Under the pieces are notes generated by a model that worked only from the letters and a program-made list of their open reading frames with translations, was not told where the DNA came from and did not search any database. DNA of 64,000 bases, taken from Eledone cirrhosa (taxonomy: Eukaryota). The position numbers and the translations under genes are program-made. Positions 1-11,564 of this stretch are shown piece by piece. The stretch is from assembly GCA_964016885.1 (NCBI GenBank), contig OZ024757.1, positions 43,276,001-43,340,000 on the forward strand, given 5' to 3'. How positions within the stretch are numbered: position 1 is the stretch's first letter; the number at the start of each line of letters is the position of its first letter.

Positions 1-698
1 GCCAAGGCCGCCTGACTGTACTGCGCATGCGTCAAGGTCGCAGTACCGAACTGCGCATGCGCTAAGGCCGCCGGACCGTACTGCGCATGCGCCAAGGCCG
101 CCGGACCGTAGTGCGCATGCGCCAAGGCCACTGGACTGTAGTGCTCATGCCCCAAGGCCACTGGACAGTACTGCGCATGCGTCAAGGCCACCGGAACGTA
201 GTGCGCATGCGCCAAGGCCGCCGTACCGTTGTGCTTTGCGCATGCGCACAATGGTACGGCGGCCTTGGCGCATGCGCACTACGTTCCGTTGGCCTTGACG
301 CATGCGCAGTACTGTCCAGTGGCCTTGGCGCATGCGCAGTACGGTCCGGCGGCCTTAGCGCATGCGCAGTTCGGTACTGCGACCTTGACGCATGCGCAGT
401 ACAGTCAGGTGGCCTTGGCGCATGCGCAGTACGGTCCGGAGGCCTTAGCGCATGCGCAGTTCGGTACTGCGACCTTGACGCATGCGCAGTAAGTCAGGCG
501 GCCTTGGTGCATGCGCACAACTGTCCGGCGCCCTTGGCGCATGCGCAGTATGGTCCGACGGCCTTGGCGCATGTGCACTATGTATCGGCGGCCTTGGCGC
601 ATGCGCACTACGGTTAGGCGGCTTTGGCGCATGCGCACTACGATCAGGCCGTATCGACGCGTGCGCAGTACGGTCTGGCGGTCTTGGCGCATGGGCAC

Positions 699-964
699 GT
701 CATCAAAAAGGACTAACATGGCCGAAATGTCATCATGTATGTCTGAAATTACAACAAAGTGGCTAAGACGGCATAATAAATGACTAAAGTGACAATAAAA
801 TGCTAAAACCGTATCATAATTGACTAGAATGACTCTAACACGACTGAAACGTCTAAAATGACTATAAATGGCTCTAAAATGGTTAAACTGCATCATAAAT
901 TACTAAAATAACTCAAAATGGCTAAATATGGCAACACAAAGGCTTAAAATGGCTAAAAAGTCAT
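699..964 (-). repeat. AT-rich linker, full-length form (266 bp), reverse orientation
   Basis: Reverse complement of the linker at 44864-45129. A-rich on the + strand with ~10-bp ATGRCTAAA-like units; sits between an R block and an F block. Confidence 0.95.
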
Positions 965-3900
965 CCGGACCGTACTGCACATGCGTCAAGAACGTCGGAC
1001 CGTAGTGCGCATGCGCCAAGGCCTCCGAACCGTAGTGCGCATGCGCCAACGCCGCCGGACCGTAGTGCGCATGCGCCAAGGCCGCCGGACCGTAGTGCGC
1101 ATGCGCCAAGGCCGCCAGACCATAGTGCGCATGCGCCAAGGCCGCCGGGCCGTACTGCGCATGCGCCAAGGCCGCCGGACCGTAGTGCGCATGCGCCAAT
1201 GCTGCCAGACCGTAGTGCGCATGCACCAAAGCTGCCGGACCGTAGTGCGCATGCGCCAAGGCCGCCGGACCGTTGTGCGCATGCGCCAAGGCCACTGGAC
1301 CGTACTGTGCATGCGCCAAGGCCACCAGAACGTAGTGCGCACGCGCCAAGGCCATCGGACCGTAGTGCGCATGCGCCAAGTCTGCCAGACCGTAGTGCGC
1401 ATGCGCCAATGCTGCCACACCGTAGTGCGCATGCACCAAAGCCGCCGGACCGTAGTGCGCAGGCGCCAAGGCCGCCGAGCCGTAGTGTGCATGCGCCAAG
1501 GCCGCCGGACCGTTGTGCGCATGCGCAAAGACCGCTGACCCTTAGTGCGCATGCGCCATGGCCGCCGGACCTTACTACGCATGCGCTAAGGCCGCCGGAC
1601 CTCACTGCGCATGCGCCAAGGCCACTGGACTGTACTGCGCATGCGCCAAGGCCACCAGGACGTAGTGCGCATGCGCCAAGGCCACCAGGACGTAGTGCGC
1701 ATGCGCCAAGGCCATCGGACCGTAGTGCGCATGCGCCAAGTCTGCCAGATCGTAGTGCGCATGCGCCAAAGCCACCGGACCGTACTGCGCATGTGCCAAG
1801 GCCACCGGAACGTAGTGCGCATGCGGCAAGGTCGCCGGACCGTAGTGCGCATGCGCCAAGACCGCCGGACCGTAGTGCGCGTGCGCCAAGGCCGCCAGAC
1901 CGTAGTGCGCATGCGCCAAGGTCGCCGGGCCGTACTGCGCATGCGCCAAGGCCGCCGGGCTGTAGTGCGCATGCTCCAATGCTGCTAGACCGTAGTGCGC
2001 ATGCACCAAAGCCGCCGGACCGTAGTGCGCATGCGCCAAGGCCGCCGGACCGTAGTGCGCATGCACCAAGGCCGCCGGACCGTTGTGCGCATGCGCAAAG
2101 AACGATGGCCCTTAGAGCGCATGCGCCAAGGCCGCCGGAACGTACTGCGCATGCGCTAAGGCCGCCGGACCTTACTGCGCATGCGCCAAGGCCACTGGAC
2201 AGTACTGCGCATGCGTCAAGGCCACCGGAACGTAGTGCGCATGCGCCAAGGCCGCCGTACCATTGTGCGCATGCGCAAAGACCACTGGCCCTTAGTGCGC
2301 ATGCGCCATGGCCGCCGGACCTTACTGCGCATGCGCCAAGGCCGCCGGACCGTAGTGCGCATGCGCCAATGCTGCCAGACCGTAGTGCGCATGCACCAAA
2401 GCTGCCGGACCGTAGTGCGCATGCGCCAAGGCCGCCGGACCGTTGTGCGCATGCGCCAAGGCCACTGGACCGTAGTGCGCACGCGCCAAGGCCATCGGAC
2501 CGTAGTGCGCATGCGCCAAGTCTGCCAGACCGTAGTGCGCATGCGCTAAAGCCACCGGACCGTACTGCGCATGTGCCAAGGCCACCGGAACGTAGTGCGC
2601 ATGCGGCAAGGTCGCCGGACCGTAGTGCGCATGCGCCAAGACCGCCGGACCGTAGTGCGCATGCGCCAATGCTGCCAGACCGTAGTGCGCATGCGCCAAG
2701 GCCATCGGACCGTAGTGCGCATGCGCCAAGTCTGCCAGACCGTAGTGCGCATGCGCCAAAGCCACCGGACCGTAGTGCGCATGCGGCAAGGCCGCCGGAA
2801 CGTAGTGCGCATCCACGAAGGCAGCCGGACCGTAGTGCGCATGCGCCAAGACTGACAGACCATAGTGCGTATGCGCCAAAGCCGCCGGACCTTACTGCGC
2901 ATGCGCCAAGGCCACTGGAGCGTACTGCGCATGCGCCAAGGCCACCGGAACGTAGTGCGCACGCGCCAAGGCCGCCGGACCGCAGTGCGCATGCGCCAGA
3001 GCCGCCGAACCGTAGTGCGCATGCGTCAAGGTCGCCGGACCATACTGCGCATGCGCCAAGCCCGCCGGACCGTAGTGCGCATGCGCTAAGGCCGCTGAAC
3101 CGTACTGCGCATGCGCCAAAGCAGCTGGACCGTAGTGCGCATGCGCCAAGGCCACCGGACCGTACTGCACATGCGCCAAGGACGCCGGACCGTAGTGCGC
3201 ATGCGCCAAAGCCACCGGACCGTAGTGCGCATGCGACAAGGCCGCAGTACCGTAGTGCGCATGCGCCAAGGCCACATGACCGTAGTGCGCATGCGCCAAG
3301 GCTGCCGAACCGTAGTGCGCATGCGCCAAGGCCGCCGGACCGTAGTGCGCATGCGCCAAAGCCGCCGAACCGTAGTGCGCATGCGCCAAGGCCGCCGATA
3401 CATAGTGCACATGCGCCAAGGCCGTCGGACCATACTGCGCATGCGCCAAGGCCGCCGGACCGTAGTGCGCATGCGCCAAGGCCGCCTAACTGTACTGCGC
3501 ATGCGTCAAGGTCCCAGTACCGAACTGCGCATGCGCTAAGGCCGCCGGACCGTACTGCGCATGCGCACAGGCCGCCGGACCGCAGTGCGCATGCGCCAGA
3601 GCTGCCGAACCGTAGTGCGCCTGCGTCAAGGTCGCCGGACCATACTGCGCATGTGCCAAGCCCGCCGGACTGTAGTGCGCATGCGCTAAGGCCGCCGAAC
3701 CGTACTGCGCATGCGCCAAAGCAGCTGCACCGTAGTGCGCATGCGCCAAGGCCACCGGACGGTACTGCGCATGCACCAAGACCGCCGGATCGTACTGCGC
3801 ATGCCCCAAGGCCGTCGGACCGTAGTGCGCATGTGCCAAAGCCGCCAGACCGTAGTGCGCATGCTCCAAGGCCGCCGGATCTTACTGCGCATGCCCCAAG

Positions 3901-3971
3901 GCCGTCGGACAGTAGTGCGCATGCGCCAAGGCCGCCGAACCGTACTGCGCATGCGCCAAGGCCGCCGGATC

Positions 3972-3991
3972 TTTGTGCGCATGCGGTTCGG
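3972..3991 (+). other. Conserved orientation-switch junction J (first of 20 copies)
   Basis: TTTGTGCGCATGCGGTTCGG starts at 3972, 6701, 10413, 12389, 14305, 17670, 20339, 25311, 30406, 34019, 42325, 46266 and 55434, with a recombinant variant near 8646. The reverse complement CCGAACCGCATGCGCACAAA starts at 38785, 40581, 49962, 53448, 59010 and 62496. Confidence 0.95.
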
Positions 3992-5731
3992 TGGCCTTGG
4001 CGCATGCGCACTACTGTCCGGCGACCTTCCCGCATGCGCACTACGTTCCGGCGGCCTTGGCGCATGCGCACTACGTTCCGGTGGCCTTGGCGCATGCGCA
4101 GTACTGTCCAGTGGCCTTGGCGCATGCGCAGTAAGGTCCGGCAGCCTTAGCGCATGCGCACTACGGTCCAGTGGCCTTATCGCATGCGCAGTAAGGTCCG
4201 GCGGCCATGGCGCATGCGCACTAAGGGCCAGCGGTCTTTGCACATGCGCACAACGGTCCGGCGGCCTTCGCGCCTGCGCACTACGGTCCGGCGGCTTTGG
4301 TGCATGCGCACTACGTTCCGGTGGCCTTGGCGCATGCGCAGTACTGTCCAGTGGCCTTGGCGCATGCGCAGTAAGGTCCGGCAGCCTTAGCGCATGCGCA
4401 GTACGTTCCGGCGGCCTTGGCGCATGCGCACTAAGGGCCATCGTTCTTTGCGCATGCGCACAACGGTCCGGCGGCCTTGGTGCATGCGCACTACGGTCCG
4501 GCGGCCTTGGCGCATGCGCACTACGGTCCGGCGGCTTTGGTGCATGCGCACTACGGTCTAGCAGCATTGGGGCATGCGCACTACAGCCCGGCGGCCTTGG
4601 CGCATGCGCAGTACGGCCCAGCGACCTTGGCGCATGCGCACTACGGTCTGGCGGCCTTGGCGCACGCGCACTACGGTCCGGCGGTCTTGGCGCATGCGCA
4701 CTACGGTCCGGCGACCTTGCCGCATGCGCACTACTTTCCGGTGGCCTTGGCACATGCGCAGTACGGTCCGGTGGCTTTGGCGCATGCGCACTACGGTCTG
4801 GCAGACTTGGCGCATGCGCACTACGGTCCGATGGCCTTGGCGCATGCGCACTACGTCCTGCTGGCCTTGGCGCCTGCGCAATACAGTCCAGTGGCCTTGG
4901 CGCATGCGCAGTACGGTCCAGCGGCCTTGGCGCATGCGCACAACGGTACGGCGGCCTTGGCGCATGCGCACTACGGCCCGGTGGCCTTGACGCATGCGCA
5001 ATACTGTCCAGTTGCCTTGGGGCATGCGCACTACAGTCCAGTGGCCTTGGCGCATGCGTAGTAAGGTCCGGCGGCCATGGCGCATGCGCACTAAGGGCCA
5101 GCGGTCTTTGCGCATGCGCACAACGGTACGGCGGCCTTGGCGCATGCGCACTACGTTCTGGTGGCCTTGACGCATGCGCAGTACTGTCCAGTGGCCTTGG
5201 CGCATGCGCAGTAAGGTCCGGCGGCCTTAGCGCATGCGCAGTACGTTCCGGCGGCCTTGGCGCATGCTCACTAAGATGGCCATCGTTCTTTGCGCATGCG
5301 CACAACGGTCCGGCGGCCTTGGTGCATGCGCACTACGGTCCGGCAGCCTTGGCGCATGCGCACTACGGTCCGCTGGCTTTGGTGCATGCGCACTACGGTC
5401 TAGCAGCATTGGGGCATGCGCACTACAGCCCGGCGGCCTTGGCGCATGCGCAGTACGGCCCGGCGACCTTGGCGCATGCGCACTACGGTCTGGCGGCCTT
5501 GGCGCACGCGCACTACGGTCCGGCGGTCTTGGCGCATGCGCACTACGGTCCGGCGACCTTGCCGCATGCGCACTACGTTCCGGTGGCCTTGGCACATGCG
5601 CAGTACGGTCCGGTGGCTTTGGCGCATGCGCACTACGGTCTGGCAGACTTGGCGCATGCGCACTACGGTCCGATGGCCTTGGCGCATGCGCACTACGTCC
5701 TGGTGGCCTTGGCGCATGCGCAGTACAGTCC

Positions 5732-5785
5732 ATATTTAGCCATTTTGAGTTATTTTAGTAATTTATGATGCAGTTTAACCATTTT
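5732..5785 (+). repeat. AT-rich linker, short form (54 bp)
   Basis: ATATTTAGCCATTTTGAGTTATTTTAGTAATTTATGATGCAGTTTAACCATTTT, an internal subsegment of the long linker, at an R->F switch. Confidence 0.95.
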
Positions 5786-8700
5786 CAAGGCCGCCGGACC
5801 GTACTGCGCATGCGCCAAGGCCACCTGACTGTACTGCGCATGCGTCAAGGTCGCAGTACCGAACTGCGCATGCGCTAAGGCCGCCGGACCGTACTGCGCA
5901 TGCGCCAATGCCGCCGGACCGTAGTGCGCATGCGCCAAGGCCGCCTGACTGTACTGCGCATGCATCAATGTCCCAGTACCGTACTGCGCATGCACCAAGA
6001 CCGCCGGACCGTAGTGCGCATGCGCCAGAGCCGCCGAACCGTAGTGCGCATGCGCCAAGGCCGCCGGACCATACTGCGCATGCGCCAGGGCCGCCGGACC
6101 TTACTGCGCATGCGCCAAGGCCACTGGACTGTAGTGCGCATGCCCCAAGGCCACTGGACAGTACTGCGCATGCGTCAAGGCCACCGGGCCGTAGTGCGCA
6201 TGCGCCAAGGCCGCCGTACCGTTGTGCGCATGCGCCAAGGCCGCTGGACCGTACTGCGCATGCGCAAAGGCCACCGGAACGTAGTGCACATGCGCCAAGG
6301 CCGCCGGAACGTAGTGCGCATGCGCCAAGGCCGCCGGACCGTAGTGCGCATGCGCCAAGACTGACAGACCATAGTGCGCATGCGCCAAAGCCGCCGGACC
6401 TTACTGCGCATGCGCCAAGGCCACTGGAGCGTACTGCGCATGCGCCAAGGCCACCGGAAAGTAGTGCGCATGCGCCAAGGCCGCCGGACCGTAGTGCGCA
6501 TGCGCCAAGGCTGCCAGACCGTAGTGCGCATGCGCCAAGGCCGCCAGACCGTAGTGCGCATGCTCCAAGACCGCCGGATCTTACTGCGCATGCCCCAAGG
6601 CCGTCGGACCGTAGTGCGCATGTGCCAAGGCCGCCAGACCGTAGTGCGCATGCGCCAAGACCGCCGAACCGTACTGCGCATGCGCCAAGGCCGCCGGACC
6701 TTTGTGCGCATGCGGTTCGGCGGCCTTGGCGCATGCGCACTACGGTCCGGCGACCTTCCCGCATGCGCACTACGTTCCGGTGGCCTTGGCACATGCGCAG
6801 TACGGTCCGGCGGCTTTGGCGCATGCGCACTACGGTCTGGCAGCCTTGGCGCATGCGCACTACGGTCCGGCGGCCTTGGCGCATGCGCACTACGTTCCGG
6901 TGGCCTTGGCGCATGCGCAGTACGCTCCAGTGGCCTTGGCGCATGCGCACTATGGTCTGTCAGTCTTGGCGCATGCGCACTACGGTCCGGCGGCCTTGGC
7001 GCATGCGCACTACGTTCCGGCGGCCTTGGCGCATGCGCACTACGTTCCGGTGGCCTTTGCGCATGCGCAGTACGGTCCAGCGGCCTTGGCGCATGCGCAC
7101 AACGGTACGGCGGCCTTGGCGCATGCGCACTACGTTCCGGTGGCCTTGACGCATGCGCAGTACTGTCCAGTGGCCTTGGGGCATGCGCACTACAGTCCAG
7201 TGGCCTTGGCGCATGCGCAGTAAGGTCCGGCGGCCATGGCGCATGCGCACTAAGGGCCAGCGGTCTTTGCGCATGCGCACAACGGTACGGCGGCCTTGGC
7301 GCATGCGCACTACGTTCTGGTGGCCTTGACGCATGCGCAGTACTGTCCAGTGGCCTTGGCGCATGCGCAGTAAGGTCCGGCGGCCTTAGCGCATGCGCAG
7401 TACGTTCCGGCGGCCTTGGCGCATGCTCACTAAGATGGCCATCGTTCTTTGCGCATGCGCCAAGGCCACGGGACGGTACTGCGCATGATCCAAGACCGCC
7501 GGATCGTACTGCGCATGCCCCAAGGCCGTCGGACAGTAGTGCGCATGTGCCAAGGCCGCCAGACCGTAGGGCGCATGCTCCAAGACCGCCGGATCTTACT
7601 GCGCATGCGCCAAGGCCGCCGGACCGCAGTGCGCATGCGCCAGAGCCGCCGAACCGTAGTGCGCATGCGTCAAGGTCGCCGGACCATACTGCGCATGCGC
7701 CAAGCCCGCCGGACCGTAGTGCGCATGGGCCAAAGCCGCCTGACCGTACTGCGCATGCGCCAAGTCCGCAGTACCGTACTGCGCATGCGACAAGGCCGCA
7801 GTACCGTAGTGCGCATGCGCCAAGGCCATATGACCGTAGTGCGCATGCGCCAAGTCCGCCGGACCGTAGTGCGCATGCGCCAAAGCCGCCGGATCGTAGT
7901 GCGCATGCGCCAAAGCCGCCGAACCGTAGTGCGCATGCGCCAAAGCCGCCGAACCGTAGTGCGCATGCGCCAAGGCCGCCGATACATAGTGCACATGCGC
8001 CAAGGCCGTCGGACCATACTGCGCATGCGCCAAGGCCGCCGGACCGTAGTGCGCATGTGCCAAGGCCGCCTGACTGTACTGCGCATGCGTCAAGGTCGCA
8101 GTACCGAACTGCGCATGCGCTAAGGCCGCCGGACCGTACTGCGCATGCGCCAAGGCCACCTGACTGTACTGCGCATGCGTCAAGGTCGCAGTACCGAACT
8201 GCGCATGCGCTAAGGCCGCCGGACCGTACTGCGCATGCGCCAAGGCCGCCGGACCGTAGTGCGCATGCGCCAAGGCCGCCTGACTGTACTGCGCATGCAT
8301 CAAGGTCCCAGTACCGTACTGCGCATGCACCAAGACCGCCGGACCGTAGTGCGCATGCGCCAGAGCCGCCGAACCGTAGTGCGCATGCGCCAAGGCCGCC
8401 GGACCATACTGCGCATGCGCCAGGGCCGCCGGACCGTAGTGCGCATGCGCCAAAGACGCCGGACCGTAGTGCGCATGCGCCAAGGCCACCTGACTGTACT
8501 GCGCATGCGTCAAGGTCGCAGTACCGAACTGCGCATGCGCTAAGGCCGCCGGACCGTACTGCGCATGCGCCAAGGCCGCCTGACTGTAGTGCGCAGGCGC
8601 CAAGGCCGCCGGGCCGTAGTGTGCATGCGCAAAGACCGCTGGCCCTTAGTGCGCATGCGGTTCGGCGGCCTTGGCGCAGGCGCACTACGGTCCGGCGACC

Positions 8701-9653
8701 TTCCCGCATGCGCACTACGTTCCGGTGGCCTTGGCACATGCGCAGTACGGTCCGGCGGCCTTGGCGCATGCGCACTACGTTCCGGCGGCCTTGGCGCATG
8801 CGCACTACGTTCCGGTGGCCTTTGCGCATGCGCAGTACGGTCCAGCGGCTTTGGCGCATGCGCACAACGGTACGGCGGCCTTGGCGCATGCGCACTACGT
8901 TCCGGTGGCCTTGACGCATGCGCAGTACTGTCCAGTGGCCTTGGGGCATGCGCACTACAGTCCAGTGGCCTTGGCGCATGCGCAGTAAGGTCCGGCGGCC
9001 ATGGCGCATGCGCACTAAGGGCCAGCGGTCTTTGCGCATGCGCACAACGGTACGGCGGCCTTGGCGCATGCGCACTACGTTCCGGTGGCCTTGACGCATG
9101 CGCAGTACTGTCCAGTGGCCTTGGCGCATGCGCAGTAAGGTCCGGCGGCCTTAGCGCATGCGCAGTACGTTCCGGCGGCCTTGGCGCATGCGCACTAAGG
9201 GCCATCGTTCTTTGCGCATGCGCACAACGGTCCGGCGGCCTTGGTGCATGCGCACTACGGTCCGGCAGCCTTGGCGCATGCGCACTACGGTCCGGCGGCT
9301 TTGGTGCATGCGCACTACGGTCTAGCAGCATTGGGGCATGCGCACTACAGCCCGGCGGCCTTGGCGCATGCGCAGTACGGCCCGGCGACCTTGGCGCATG
9401 CGCACTACGGTCTGGCGGCCTTGGCGCACGCGCACTACGGTCCGGCGGTCTTGGCGCATGCGCACTACGGTCCGGCGACCTTGCCGCATGCGCACTACGT
9501 TCCGGTGGCCTTGGCACATGCGCAGTACGGTGCGGTGGCTTTGGCGCATGCGCACTACGGTCTGGCAGACTTGGCGCATGCGCACTACGGTCCGATGGCC
9601 TTGGCGCATGCGCAATACGTCCTGGTGGCCTTGGCGCATGCGCAGTACAGTCC

Positions 9654-9707
9654 ATATTTAGCCATTTTGAGATATTTTAGTAATTTATGATGCAGTTTAA
9701 CCATTTT
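9654..9707 (+). repeat. AT-rich linker, short form (54 bp)
   Basis: Near-identical to 5732-5785 (one substitution); R->F switch. Confidence 0.95.
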
Positions 9708-11510
9708 CAAGGCCGCCGGACCGTACTGCGCATGCGCCAAGGCCACCTGACTGTACTGCGCATGCGTCAAGGTCGCAGTACCGAACTGCGCATGCGCTAA
9801 GGCCGCCGGACCGTACTGCGCATGCGCCAAGGCCGCCTGACTGTACTGCGCATGCGTCAAGGTCGCAGTACCGAACTGCGCATGCGTTAAGGCCGCCGGA
9901 CCGTACTGCGCATGTGCCAAGGCCGCCGGACCGTAGTGCGCATGCGCCAAAGCCGCCGAACCGTACTGCGCATGCGCCAAGGCCGCCGGACCGTACTGCG
10001 CATGCGCCAAGGCCGCCGGACCGCAGTGCGCATGCGCCAGAGCCGCCGAACCGTAGTGCGCCTGCGTCAAGGTCGCCGGACCATACTGCGCATGCGCCAA
10101 GCCCTCCGGACCGTAGTGCGCATGCGCCAAAGCAGCTGGACCGTAGTGCGCATGCGCCAAGGCCACGGAACGGTACTGCGCAAGATCCAAGACCGCCGGA
10201 TCGTACTGCGCATGCCCCAAGGCCGTCGGACAGTAGTGCGCATGTGCCAAGGCCGCCAGACCGTAGTGCGCATGCTCCAAGACCGCCGGATCTTACTGCA
10301 CATGCCCCAAGGCCGTCGGACCGTAGTGCGCATGTGCCAAGGCCGCCAGACCGTGGTGCGCATGCGCCAAGGCCGCCGAACCGTACTGCGCATGCGCCAA
10401 GGCCGCCGGACCTTTGTGCGCATGCGGTTCGGCGGCCTTGGCGCATGCGCACTACGGTCCGGCGACCTTCCCGCATGCGCACTACGTTCCGGTGGCCTTG
10501 GCACATGCGCAGTACGGTCCGGCGGCTTTGGCGCATGCGCACTACGGTCTGGCAGCCTTGGCGCATGCGCACTACGGTCCGGCGGCCTTGGCGCATGCGC
10601 ACTACGTTCCGGCGGCCTTGGCGCATGCGCACTACGTTCCGGTGGCCTTTGCGCATGCGCAGTACGGTCCAGCGGCCTTGGCGCATGCGCACAACGGTAC
10701 GGCGGCCTTGGCGCATGCGCACTACGTTCCGGTGGCCTTGACGCATGCGCAGTACTGTCCAGTGGCCGTGGGGCATGCGCACTACAGTCCAGTGGCCTTG
10801 GCGCATGCGCAGTAAGGTCCGGCGGCCTTAGCGCATGCGCAGTAAGGTCCGGCGGCCATGGCGCATGCGCACTAAGGGCCAGCGGTCTTTGCGCATGCGC
10901 ACAACGGTACGGCGGCCTTGGCGCATGCGCACTACGTTCCGGTGGCCTTGACGCATGCGCAGTACTGTCCAGTGGCCTTGGCGCATGCGCAGTAAGGTCC
11001 GGCGGCCTTAGCGCATGCGCAGTACGTTCCGGCGGCCTTGGCGCATGCGCACTAAGGGCCATCGTTCTTTGCGCATGCGCACAACGGTCCGGCGGCCTTG
11101 GTGCATGCGCACTACGGTCCGGCAGCCTTGGCGCATGCGCACTACGGTCCGGCGGCTTTGGTGCATGCGCACTACGGTCTAGCAGCATTGGCGCATGCGC
11201 ACTACAGCCCGGCGGCCTTGGCGCATGCGCAGTACGGCCCGGCGACCTTGGCGCATGCGCACTACGGTCTGGCGGCCTTGGCGCACGCGCACTACGGTCC
11301 GGCGGTCTTGGCGCATGCACACTACGGTCCGGCGACCTTGCCGCATGCGCACTACGTTCCGGTGGCCTTGGCACATGCGCAGTACGGTCCGGTGGCTTTG
11401 GCGCATGCGCACTACGGTCTGGCAGACTTGGCGCATGCGCACTACGGTCCGATGGCCTTGGCGCATGCGCACTACGTCCTGGTGGCCTTGGCGCATGTGC
11501 AGTACAGTCC

Positions 11511-11564
11511 ATATTTAGCCATTTTGAGTTATTTTAGTAATTTATGATGCAGTTTAACCATTTT
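11511..11564 (+). repeat. AT-rich linker, short form (54 bp)
   Basis: Same sequence as 5732-5785; R->F switch. Confidence 0.95.
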
